NCBI GenBank assembly: GCA_013265495.1
Contig: MU061538.1
Coordinates: 620,001-684,000 of the forward strand
Reading direction: 5' to 3'
Source of the DNA: Vicugna vicugna
Lineage: Eukaryota
DNA: 64,000 bases
The notes under the pieces were generated by a model. It saw only the letters and a list, made by a program, of their open reading frames with translations, was not told where the DNA came from and did no database searches. How positions within the stretch are numbered: position 1 is the first letter of the stretch; the number at the start of each line of letters is the position of its first letter. Below, piece after piece: positions 36,572 through 48,500 of this stretch. The position numbers and the translations under genes are program-made.

Positions 36572-36636
36572 TGACGGCGCAGGCAGAAGTGGCACCTACG
36601 TCCTGATCGACATGGTCCTCAATAAGATGGCCAAAG
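36572..36636 (+). CDS. PTPRN2: PTPRN2 coding exon (exon 21 equivalent), 65 nt: (S)DGAGRSGTYVLIDMVLNKMAK(G)
   Basis: gacAG acceptor and GTaaga donor. Completes the P-loop VHCSDGAGRSG, with the Asp typical of the IA-2 family in place of the Ala of active PTPs. Confidence 0.98.
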
Positions 36637-36679
36637 GTAAGACTCAGAGCCGCTGCTTTGTTTCGGCGCTGAGGTTGGC

Positions 36680-36693
36680 GTTGCCATGGCAAC
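36680..36693. promoter_or_regulatory. Perfect palindromic RFX X-box GTTGCCATGGCAAC
   Basis: Exact match to the RFX dimer consensus. Function inferred only. Confidence 0.6.
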
Positions 36694-39689
36694 CTCGGTG
36701 CACTAGTCACCGGAGGCCTTGGGGAAAATTAGCCTGTTGTCCCTTCCCCAGATCATGGGAAAGCTGTTTGCAGCAAGCAGGTTGGCTTCCACAGTTGCTC
36801 CCTGGTCGCCATGTCCCCCTGGGGGAGAGCACTTGGCAGAGTGCGCAGTGGGTGCTGGGTAGCTGCTTGCTGAGGACGGCGTGTGTTAGCTTCGGAACTG
36901 GGAGGAGGCCGCCTGGGTCCTTCAGTGTTGTAGTGGCTCAGAATACCCTTCAGTATATCCTTCCTGGTGTTAAGACTACGTCTGCAAAATTCAGGCTTCA
37001 CTCCAGAGCTACCTAAAATCTCTGGTGGGGGCTGTCTCTAAAGCAGGTCACTGCTGGGCACCCCTGGTAACATTGTTTTACCCAAGTGACCCACTCCCTG
37101 CGGCCTGGGCCGCTTCCTCCTAAAGACGGCGCCCGGGAGCCTGGGCTCGAGAGCAGCCCAGCATCGAGGCCATCACCTGGGTGAAGTCTAACCCTCTGGG
37201 CGCGTCTCGTCCCAGGACAGTGCGGGGACTGAGCGGGGCCAGCGGCCCCTCAAGTGTGTTCCCCGGGACAAACCCGTGAGGGGTCCCCCTAGAGGCCGGG
37301 GAGATCACCACGGGCATGTCTGGGAGAAGACTCTGCAGACCCGCCCCTGGGGGAGCCGCGCATCAGCACAGAGCAGAGGGCCTGGGAAGACCCTTCCCCG
37401 CCGTCCGGATGCCGCCCGGAGCTTGAGGAAGAAGCAGCGGGGAGGCGCAGGGGTGATGGGGGGTGGCGTTTTATGGTCTCCTTCCTGCCTGTGGAAAAGC
37501 CGCCCTCTCTGTGTCCACACGCACACACCCGTGCGCGCGTGCACATGTGTGCTGTGACGTGGGACGGCCACCCTCCAGGGCCCCCACTCTTTGTCTCCTG
37601 CCCGATGTCTTTTCACACAAATGCCGCCACTCAGACAGGCGTTCTCCGGACTCTGTTTTCTCCTGATTTGAGAAAGAAAGGAAACTGGAACACATCTTTA
37701 GCCCAAGGATTAGACGTGTGACGATGACGCCATCGCTGTCGTGTCACACGCAGGGGCTGGGGAGCTCGAGCAGGCTGTCACAGCAAGCAGTGACCAGAGG
37801 GCCAGACGGAGCCCGGAGCGGGGCCCGCCCGGCCCCCAGGCCCCTGCCGGGGGGGGGGGGGAGCCGGGGGCCGTTTCCAGCGCCTGAGGCCACGGTGCGC
37901 GGGGACGTGCAAACAGGAACAGCCGAGGCAGAAGGCCGGCGCTTCTGACAGCACGTTTCGGTTTTAGGTCGTAACACAATCCTACCTTTTTTAGTTGAAA
38001 GGTCACCTGCCGCTGTTCATTACGGCTGCTGCGTCCCAGCAGCTGTGTCTCTTCATCTGCAAGTTTGCGGCGACCGCGGGCGGAGCGCTCAGGGGAATCT
38101 GTGTTTCCTCCCTTCTCCACGGCCTCGTGTGTAGTGTCCCTCGTTTCCCTTCCCAGGACACAGAGCGTCTCGCATGTCTGTGGGGGGCGCCTGTGTTTGT
38201 GACCCACGCAGGTTACATGGCGTGGAGCCTGGCTCACCCCAAGGAAAGGAGGGGGGGCGGGGAGCCCTAGCCTCAGGTCGGGGGATACTGTGCCTCTCAG
38301 CATTCGGGGTCCCCTCACCCACGTGATGGAACCTAGATTTGGGGGCACAGGTCTGTTCACAGAGAGGCAGCTGGGGAGAAGAGCCCTTCCCGCCCCGTCC
38401 ACCCCCGCCTGCCATTCACCAGCTCCGTCTGCCACGTCCGTCCAATTCCACTTGAAGGGTGGGCCGGCGGCAACAATGCGGCCCAGCCATGTGGAACCGG
38501 CCTGGGAGGGCCGCCTCCAGGCTCTTTCTGAGGCTGGTCACCCCTCACTCTGTTCCTGACCCGCTCCCCTCTGCCCGGGGGGCGTGCGATGTGAAATCCC
38601 CTGACCTGGGGCCCAGACCAGGGTCTCGGGAGAGATCAAAGGGCAGGGCGGCCCCTCGCCAGCCGAGGTGGGCCTTTCCCAGGCCGCCGCGGGGAGCGGC
38701 CGCCCACGCTTTGTTCTGGCCCGGGCTCGGGGGCCTGTGTTGCCGGGCCACCTTTGTCTGGCCTGAGAAGCTGGGGGCCTGCGCTGCTGGCCCCGCGTCC
38801 ATCAGATGATCAAAGGCCCCGGGCCTGGACACCCACCCTTTCTTCCCGTTTCCTTTTCTTGAAAGGGGTGAATTGCACGAGGACCAAAGAATGGCTGTCC
38901 GAAGTGCCCCTGCACGGGTGTGAGCCCCGCCGACTGAGCTGGCCCGGCCGCGGCCACTGCCTCGGAGCCATGGCTGTTCACACAGGCTTTCAGGGATTAA
39001 GGCGTTCGGTGCCACTTTGGGGCCTTTGAGAACAAACCAGGGGTAATTTCAGTTCTTTCTGCACCGCCTGGTCTATTTGCAAGCAGACAGTGATGCAGCG
39101 TGGAGTCTGAGCGGTCGGGGGGCCTGGCCCTCTGCGCCAGGCTTGTGGTGGGAAAGTAGATGTCGACCTGTAACATTCTTCTGCACATTCTTCCTGTGGC
39201 TGCAGACACGCTTCTAGCTCCCCGTTCACACTCCGGGTCAGAGTCAGTGTTTGGAAGCCCGCACCTCTCTCGCTGAGGGCCCTGGCTCAAACGCAGCGAC
39301 ACTGCCTTTGCAGCCGGGACACTGTGCGAGCTTGTGCCTTTTACATTTCATCCGTGACAGCAGTCTGCCCAGGGTTTTCCATTTTTCATCACAGCTTTTA
39401 AGGGAACGGGGAGTGCCGGGTGGACGGCGGGCGTCCCGGGGACCCAGCAGATGCGGTCCCCGGGGGCGGTGGCGGAAACCCCACCTCTGCGAAGCAGCAG
39501 TCCTGCCCGAGCCTCCTGGCGCTGAGCCGCCACCAGCCCCGACTGTCCTGGGAGGCCGCCCCCTCGTTTGGCAGGAGCCGTGGGACTGGAATTTCTTTCA
39601 TGACTGTCCCACCGGGCCGGGTGGGCAGGCGTGCCGGGAACTGCCTCTTACGCTCAGGCTGGCTGGGAGTTTGTTCCTGAGGGGCCGCA

Positions 39690-40582
39690 GCACAGTGTGA
39701 GTGCAGGCCCAGCGCCCGCACGGCCATCGGTCCAGCACCCGGCTTCCATCCTCAGCAAGCCGACCTGTCCTCCTGTCACACGGTGCCGTCGGGGAGCATG
39801 TCCCCGCAGGAGGGGGTGCATAGCTCCATTCTGCCTTGGGTCCCTGTGGATCCGACGACCGCAGGGCCTCACAGGAGTGGAACCACACATCACCCGTCCT
39901 TCTGTGCCTGGCTTACGTCACCGAGCATCACGTCCTCGAGGTCCATCCGTGTTGCCACAGGCGTCAGGATCCCTTCCTTGTTGGTGCTGAACGACATCCC
40001 GTCGCACGTGTGGACCATATTTCACTTATCCCTCTGTCGATGGATGGACGGATAAGGTGCATTGCTTCCAGCTTTCAACTGCGGAAATAATGGTGCTGTG
40101 ACCACGGGTGTGCAGGTATCTCTGAGTTTCTACTTCCGATTTTCCAGGGTCATGGGTGTTCCTAGAGCAGAACTGCTGGATCACGTGGTGGTCCTGTGTT
40201 CAGTTTTCGAGGAGCCTCCAGACCGTCTCTCACAGTAGCTGCCCCATTGTACACGCCCGCCAGCAGCGCTCCAGCTTGTCGCCCCACAGCCGCTGCGGCA
40301 CGTGTGGTTCTCTGGGTTTGGGTAGTAGCCCTTGCGGGTGTGGGGCAGCGTCTCACTGTGGTTTAGGATTGCATTTTCTTAAAGACGAGAGATGTTGAGC
40401 TTCTTTTCCTGTGTTTGTGGACCGTTGGATGTTTCCTTTGGAGAAGGGTCTGTTCAGGCTCTTTGCCCATTTTTTAATCGAGCTGTTTGTTTGCGGTCAT
40501 TGAGTGGAAGGAGTTCTTTAAATATTGGGACTATCAGACCCTTTTCAGAGGTGTGACTTGCAAATATTTTCTCCCATCCGGG
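39690..40582 (-). mobile_element. LINE-1 (L1MB-like) 3' UTR/ORF2 end fragment, antisense
   Basis: Hallmark antisense L1 strings: cttctgtgcctggcttac, gctggatcacgtggt, ctcactgtggtttaggattgcattt, ctttgcccatttttt, ttgcaaatattttctcccat. Subfamily and 5' boundary approximate. Confidence 0.88.
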
Positions 40583-40599
40583 GAGAGGTAATATTTCAT

Positions 40600-40750
40600 T
40601 GGCTCACTGAACCTTTGAAAGCCAGCACTACCCCGGACCTGACTAGCCACACGTGGCAGCTTCCGTGAGTTAAGGTTGAAACACCAGCCACGTGCCCTGT
40701 GCCCTGGAGCCGCAGGTGCGCACGGGCTGCCAGATGGGCAGTGCAGGTGG
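40600..40750. mobile_element. Possible MER3/MER33-like hAT-Charlie DNA transposon remnant
   Basis: actagccacacgtggc followed by accagccacgtgcc...gggcagtgcag resembles the MER3 internal repeat. Abuts the L1 fragment. Confidence 0.45.
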
Positions 40751-40936
40751 AGAGCACATCCAAGGCAGGAAGTTGCACTGGGTGCTCCGCTCGAGGGAAC
40801 AGAGGTGAAGGTGTGCCCAGGCCTCTGCCTCTAGACCAGTGTCCCCGCCCGGTTCTGTCCCCATCTCTTCTGCACCTGGTGGTCAGTGGGATGTCTCAAA
40901 GAGAAAGGCCCCAGGAGCCCCCTCTTCCCGCTCTCA

Positions 40937-40963
40937 CATCATCATCATCATCATCATCATCAT
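40937..40963. repeat. (CAT)9 microsatellite
   Basis: Nine perfect CAT units. They cause the spurious poly-H/I/D runs in the ORF track. Confidence 0.95.
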
Positions 40964-43900
40964 CTCGGGGCCTCGCGGCTCTTTCCTGCAGGACGCAGGT
41001 CCTGGCACGGGTCTGGGTGTGGCACGTGCACTCTGGCCCCCAGCCCCTTTCTCCTCCCGCAGGTCCTGCTGTCCATCTTGGCCGCCACCTCAGTCCCGTA
41101 CCTCCTCTGGCAGATCTTAGACTAGGCCACGGAAGCACTATTTCTACCGGGTATTTACTGGGCACCTTGTCTGGGTGTCGGGACCACATGGCCAACAAGA
41201 CAGGGAAAGTCCTGTCCTCCTGGGGTTTACACTCTGTGCAGAGAAACAGACCGTGTCTGCAGCTGGTAGCTTGTGGGGTGGCGTGCACCATGGGGGCCCT
41301 GGGGGCGCCAGGGTCTGGGGTGTGTTTGCCCCCACCAGGCACACCATGTAGATCGTAGACCGTTCGCCAAAGGGGACCTGGCAGCTCATTTACTCCAACA
41401 CTTGGCTCCGTGAGGCAGAGACCCAAACATGTCGTCTCCTGGTGAAACGGGGGTACGTCATCCAAGCCCCTCTGCCCTCCTGAACCTTGCCGGATCCTTC
41501 ACGGCTCAGTGGGCCCCTGCAGTCACACGTCGCGGGGCAGCCCACACGCCGCCGGCTCGTAAGGCCTGCAGCCGAGGCCCCGGGCACGTCCAGGCTCACC
41601 GGCGGCACCCTGTCGTGGGGTGGCGCCGTGATGCCGTCCGCGCCCCCATCAAGGCGTCACTGCATCTGCGCCTCATTCGCGCTCCGCGCCTGCAGTGCCT
41701 GCTTTCACGGGGCAGCGGGGACCGTGGTCTGAGCAGGGTGCTCGGGAGACACTCGGCCCTCGGGATGGTCACGGCCTGCACTCCATCCACAGGCGTCCCT
41801 TCCTAGCGCCCTCCTTGTGTGGCCGAGTGCCTGTGGGCACAGGTCCAGCTCTCAGCTCGATGCCGCCAGGAGTCCCAGCACGTGACAGAAAACTACCAGC
41901 ACACGGCTCTGCGTTCCCCGCTCTCCCGGAGTACTGACGGACAGTGAATTTAAAGAGGCGGTACAGGGGCCTACTGTGCTTAACTCGTATTTTTTATAGA
42001 TTTGGAGGCATCCCAGTTTCTCCTGTAAAGTGACTTTGCATTTGTTCTTCAAAAAAGCATGAAAAACGCCTCTTGTGTCCGGGTCCTGATACACTTGATT
42101 TTTTTGATTTTCAAGTGATTAGAAGGCCCATTTGTCTCCTTGGATCCCAGTGAAACCTTGCGGAGAGATTCTAATTTAATCCAGAAAGCCAGCAAAAAAC
42201 CTTCCTGGTTGCAATTCTGATAAATCCTGAGTTGACCGAGAGCATCCAGAGACACGAAGGGAACCCTGTCGGGCACAGGCGACCAGGACCATGTGTGCGC
42301 GTGCCCCTGCGTGTGCCCCTGTGCACAGACACCGCGCGGGCTTAAGGCCTGGGGGAGGCACTGACCCCCGGAGGCTGGACCAGGGCAGCTCTCTGACTGG
42401 TGCCCCGGAGCCTCCCTGACTCACGGTCACTTGACTCAAGGCTCAGTCGTCCTGTTGACCCAGAGCGAGCTCTGGCTGTGAATCCGCCCGGCCCGATGTG
42501 GGGGAGGTTCTGCCCATGAGGGTGTGGATTCCGCCCACCCCTGCCCTTCACGTCCAGCCCTCCCGTCCAAAACGGAGCTCCACCGAAGACAGCAGACTCC
42601 CAGCACCAGCGGCCAAACAGCTCCGCCCTCCTGGGCGTGGGAGGGGTTCTACTCCGTTCTCAGATTCGTAATTGTCACCGTTTTTCCCTTTGTCCTTCGA
42701 GTGTCTTTAGATAGAAGCAGAGCATCTCCTCTTTTCTTCCCAGGGGTGGAATCGAGGCCGTTTCCTCCTGCAAAATAAAGGCCTTTCTCTCTCGTGCACC
42801 TGGCACGTAACGTCCTTTTCACACCGAAGGAAAAAGGAAACTTGGAACCCCTGCAATTTGCAAGATCTCCTGGGTAAAAAGTCTGCAACAAAACATGTTT
42901 CTGTCTATTGCTTGATGGTTACTGGGCGTCGGCTAAAGAGAGAGTGGAGAGCCTGGCGAGGACCGTCTTCCTGGCCGTGGCCGCGGTCCCCGGGCAGGAG
43001 GTGGCGCCCCCGCCACCCGGCGAATCCAGGACTCCCTCAGCCAGCCAGCCAGCCCAGGAGAGATCAGAGCAGACCTTGTAAAGAGGCACATATGCTTGGC
43101 TTTCTTTCGCTTCAAATTGCTTCTCACATTGTACAGAACAGTTGCGATATTTCAATACCAGCGTTCTTTTCACGTTTCTTGTTTAACGGTTAATAATACT
43201 TTTGAATCTAAAGCTAAAAAGCCTCTGTTGTCTTAAGAGTGTCTCACCAGTATGTGACCTTGGAAACCCATGACCCCTGAGCGTGTTTGGAAACCGCGGC
43301 CAAGGGTGCTCGGGTGTGCTGAGCGGGTATGGGGTGCACCGGGCCGTCCCCTCTCGGGACACCAGCCGCACAGGCTGCCTCCATCCCGGACATCCGTTCA
43401 TGGACTCACCAGCTTTCACCGAGCCCGGAATGATGCATGTAGGTACGCATTCCTCTCCCATCAGCACAGTGCTGACACTTCGCAGCCACCTCTCCCCGGG
43501 GTCACGCCCCGCGCGTCCCGGCCTGGGCTGCGAGGGCTGTCCTGCTGCCCTCTGCCCTCTGGCCTCTGGCTTTGGTTTGCCTGTTAAATTGATTCTTCTA
43601 CATTCCACGTGCCCTTCGACCTGAGCGCCGCACCCAAGCTGCCTGTCCACCTGGAACTTAACATCTTTTTGGTAAAATGGGATTTTCAAAGAGAGGATTC
43701 CATTTTAAATACGCTAGAGGGGAGGTTCCGGATCTTGGGGGATTTAAATAAATCCTTTTACCTTCAGTAAAGCCTTTTATAAAGTGACGGAGGACGCGTA
43801 CCCCTCCCCCTCCCTCCCAACCCCGAGACTCCATTTTATAAACGGATCGTGTGTTTCACGTTCCACGAGGTCGAGATCGCTGTGAGGCTCAGGGTGGCTG

Positions 43901-46531
43901 AAGGGGGCGCAGCACCGTGCCTCCCCCACAGAAGAGACCGCGCGCGTGCGTTCTGTGAAAACTGCTGCCTCTGCACACGCTTCAGATAATTAATTATTCG
44001 TAACCCGAGCACGCAGGGAGACGTTAGTCGTCCGCATCCGACAGTTGGTTCACGTGATAAATCCGGTGCTTCTCTGTTTTCAGGGCTGTACGTTTTTTAA
44101 GCATTAATTTGATTTCCTCCACCGTTCAGTCTTGGCTTCAGGCGAAGCGTGGTTCTGAGATGCCATCCCTGCGGCGTCTCAGGTTTAAGTGCCTTGTCCA
44201 GGGAAAACCTAATGAGACTTCCTCCCTTTTTTCCCGCTTCCCTCACAACGGACGTCCGAAGTCACACGGCAGTGAAACGAGAGCCACGTGTCCGTAGCAC
44301 CCGACCCCAGGGTCCCGCTAGCAGGACCACCTCCACGCGTGGCTGCCCTTCCAGGCCCAGCGCCGGGAGCGGCCGTGGCCCCAGGCAGGACCCCACACAG
44401 TCATCCCGGGCCCCCGAGGAAGGACCAGGGGTGTTTGGGACTCGACTGCTGGTTGTGGAGTTCAGACTTGCCCTTCAGAGGAAAACGGCCGTTGAGTTTT
44501 TAAGCCAGTTTCAGAGACTGAGAAACCGGGCCGTGAACAAGGTTAAAAAGACAGGGTCTTCAGGTGCGTATCCCACAGGGACCCCCAGTACTTCATTTGG
44601 AAGGTCTAGGCTCTTCGCCGTCCGGTGGCTCAGACGCCCCACTGCACGCCCCGTCCTCCTGGGGCCCACGGAGCAGTGGGGCCCCCGGCTGGGGGGCAGG
44701 GCGGCTCCGAGGGAGGGCTCTGGCCGCAGGATCCACAGAGTCGGGTTCACTGAGCACCTAACGCGTTCCACGCGTCGTGGAGTAAACACGCCGCCGCTGG
44801 GTCCTCACGAGCGAGCTCCGCACCCACCCGGGACCTCCCGTGGGGCAGTCTGCGCCCCGCCCACAGCTGGGCAGCGTCACACGTGAAATTAAATGGCAGC
44901 AAAAGCGCTGTCACCACGTCGCGGCCTGGACAAGGGTCGCGGGGTCCCCGACGGCTGAGCTGCCCAGGGCGTCTGCTGTTCCCAAAGCGAGATTCTTCTC
45001 CTTCCTAGAAAGGCTCTGACTGAACAGCCGGGGGCACCAGGCGATGCCCTGCACAGGAGGACACGTTCGCTGTCTGGAAGCGCAGCGGGCTGAGATCTGT
45101 GGAGCCCAGGCTGACCCACAGCCTCCGGGCGCTAAGGGCCGAGCAGGGTCAGCCCAGACCCTGGTCTCCAGCCTGAGCGACTTCTTGCCAGATTCTCCCG
45201 TTTCCCCTTCTGCAAATGCAACATGGTGTTGGGACGTATTTCCCCCAGGCCCTCCCCACCGTCTGCCTTCCTTCCCGGCCGCCAGCCGCCCACAAGAGTT
45301 TGCAGTCCCCCCCGTTTCCCTCCCACTCTCACCCGCACGTCCCCACGGCGCCTCCCAAAGTCTGTCTCAGCCTGCTGCTTGGAACACGGCGCTGGCTGCT
45401 CAGCGGACACCCAGCGAAGCCACAGCCCCGGGATGAAGCTCAGGACAGTGCGGGGCGTGGCCTCCAAGGTGTAAGGCTCCCCCCACCCCTCCTCGGCTGA
45501 CAGCTGAGGCAGCAGTGTGCGCGCTGGGGCGAGAGGGAGGGGTGGAGCACTTCTGATGGCCTGGCTGGGTCTGTCTTCCACACCCGGGCCCGATGAGTGC
45601 GACCACCTGCTCTGTGCGACCGGGACAAGCCTTCACCCTGGGCGAGCCTCGGCGTCCTCTACCCAGGGCGGTAACAGGTCTGGTGCTGAGAGAGGAAGTT
45701 CTGCACACGACGTGCACCTGCTTGGGGTCTGGCATGTGGGTCTCTGCCGCCTGCAGAGGTGCCGCCCCTCCCAGGCCCGGCAGCGTTCAGCATCATGGTG
45801 CTGCGGAGGGAGGAGCTCCCCTCTGCACCATAAGACACTGGGGAGCCTGTCCTGTTCACTGTCCATCCACCAGGGGACCCAGCAAAATGGAAAACCAAGA
45901 ATCCATGTGGAATTCACGATAAAGGAACATTTTAAAACTCAGGTAGCGTTATGTCCCTGGCGCCTGATCACGTGACGTCTGGTGGGCACCCCTGTAGGGG
46001 GGGCTCCCGACCACACGACTGACCTGTGGACACGGCGGGCGTCCTCGCATTTTCTGTGCGTTAGGAGCGCTGGCTTCTGAGAGGAGGGAGCTCTGCGCTT
46101 ACGGCCAACGTTGAGATGTGTGAGGTTTGTCAGCCTCATTTTTCATTTCCCTAATTAAAAGTTCTAGGCAATAAAAATTGAAGCTCATACACTGCTTTCT
46201 GTGGTTTAAAACATTCTTTAAAATGCCACCAAAAACAAAATGAGGAACGCCCTAGACTCTAATGGCGTTGGCGAGCTGGCGGCGAGTCTCTGACAGGCGC
46301 CTGATAATGCTTTTCCAGCCCAGCTTTCTCGAGTTCGTGCTGACAAGCCTGGGCTTGTCTTTCCGCGTGCTCGCTGAAACCGCCACTGCCGGCCGGCCTG
46401 CTGAGGGCTGGCAGGGGTCATTTCCAGGTGGCCTCTAGCCCAGAGGGACCCTGGCATCAGGAGAGGGACAGCCTGGGAGCGCCCGCGGACTGCCTTGCGT
46501 CGGAACTCAGCCCAGTTTGTGTTTGTTGCAG

Positions 46532-46605
46532 GTGCTAAGGAGATCGACATCGCGGCGACGCTGGAGCACCTGAGGGACCAGAGACCAGGCATGGTCCAGA
46601 CCAAG
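46532..46605 (+). CDS. PTPRN2: PTPRN2 coding exon (exon 22 equivalent), 74 nt: (G)[24 protein letters not shown]
   Basis: ttgcAG acceptor and GTactg donor. 2 nt + 24 codons. Q-loop QRPGMVQT. Confidence 0.98.
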
Positions 46606-47949
46606 GTACTGTGGCCGGTCCCTGGGGCAGCAGGGGCTTTGGCGGTGTCCTTCTGTGCTGGTTTTCCCGGAGGAGCGAGGGTTGGGCCCGCTGGCCACCC
46701 GCCGCCCCAGTCCTGGGCAGGGCAGGACGCGGCCAGCCCTTCCCGGGAGGGTCTTGGGCGTTTCTGGCAGCGTCTCCGACATCCCAGCATAAGAAAGTGC
46801 AGTCAGATCTCAAGTTCCTGGATCTCCCCACTTACCAGATTCGGGAGCAGGGGGAGAACGTGGCATTTTTATAGAAACAGGTCCGTGGTGAACCTCAGCA
46901 CCTTCGCGTGGAATGTTCCGCACTCACGAAACATCCTGTGCCGCCTGCCGTGTTTCCAGCCCCCACGGCCCCGGCTCCGCTGTGCGGTCATCACAAGTCC
47001 CCAGGGTGCCCGGGGTCCTGAGCGCCGCTCGTGTGCGTACTTACTGAAAAGACCAAGTTTGCAAAAGACGAAAGATTATAGTTAACCTGGGCTTGACCAG
47101 AGCTAGGAACGGGGGAACAGGACGGGCCGGTCCTGTAGCGTGCCGGGAATGTCCCCACCCAGCAGCGGAAGCTCCCGCTGGCGCTGAAGCCGTGAAACAC
47201 AGAGTTTTCTCTCAGCGTAGTCCCAACCTTCCCGATGCGATTAGCGCCTGCACAGAAGGCCTAAAATCACTACGGCTGCTCGTGCAGAGTCACTGCTTTA
47301 TACGTAAGGGGACTGTAAGTTGTAAGAAGCACTCCGGTGAGGTCAAGCTGGATCGGGCTCTGGTGCCCGGGGGCGACTATTCTGGGACCCCAGCCCAGTC
47401 GTCCCGCCCTGGTGGGGTCTTACTGTCCCCCACAGAGTGCACACAGTTCCTAAGCCCTCGGTCTGGCTCTCACAGGAGGAAAAACAGCACAGCGCTGGGT
47501 CTCAGCTCAACAGGGGCACGTGGGCTGAGCGGGAAGAGGCCACGAGCCTGGACGGCTGGGCAGCACACTTGGGCCCTGACACACACGGGCTCATCTCTCA
47601 CGATCCCTGAACGTGGTCATTTGCCTGGTGCTACATTGCCAAAGCCAGCCCCGAGCACTGAGGCAGGAGTAACTTTGTTCTCGCTTGTAGACTCACAGGA
47701 CTGTTCTAAGTAGAACCCAAGGAAGCGCTTAGGGTCTCTGCCCAGCCACGCCGTGTCCAGTGGGCGGTCACACCTGCCCTGGTCTCTGCCTGCACTGGGG
47801 GGAGGTTGGAAGCAGCTCGGTGGCACAAGCATGGAGACTCCCCTCTGTCCCTCTGCTTCATTTGGGCCCCGTAACGTGCAGGAACCTGGTGTGGAGCGTG
47901 ACTACTACACGAAGGTGCTCTGTAGGTCAACGCACACTTCATGTTTGCT

Positions 47950-48500
47950 TAGACATTTTTAAATTTGCAGTTATTTTAAGCAAAAAGCTTGCAGAAATAA
48001 TGCAAATAATCCCCATGTACGCACGGCCAGCTCCCCAAGGTTAACACCTGACGTGACCACAGGGGCCAGCCGCGGCCAGGGGGTTGGCGGTGATTCAGTG
48101 CCACCAGCTCCCACGCAGACCTTCACATCTCACCCGCCGGCCCCCAGGACCTTCCCCTGCAGCTGGCCCTCAGGCCCACCCCGCAGTGCGCTCAGCGGTC
48201 ATGTCTCCGTCACCTCCGTTAGTGGCCAGCGTGTGGCCGTGAGGACTGGCAGGTCTGGTTGGGCTCCTGTGGGCTGTCTCTGGCGTGGCTGTGTCTGTGT
48301 TCCCGTGGTGGGTTCTGGGGTTGCTTCTCAGCCTCGGTGTGTGTCCTCACCCCAGAGGCACGCCCCCCCAGGGTTCCCTGCTGGTCACTGTTTCTGCCTT
48401 TGCCGTTGGTCGTGTCCCGAGCAGAAGCTGAACCCTGCTCGCATCTGTCTGCCGTCAAGCTGTGTCCTGACACGAGGCCGCTGCGAGAGGAGTGACGCTG
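47950..48500 (-). mobile_element. Old LINE-1 (L1MC-like) 3' UTR fragment, antisense
   Basis: gcagaaataatgcaaataatccccatgtac...cagctccccaaggttaacacctgacgtgaccacag and gtcatgtctcc resemble the recalled L1MC 3' end. Highly diverged. Confidence 0.6.
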
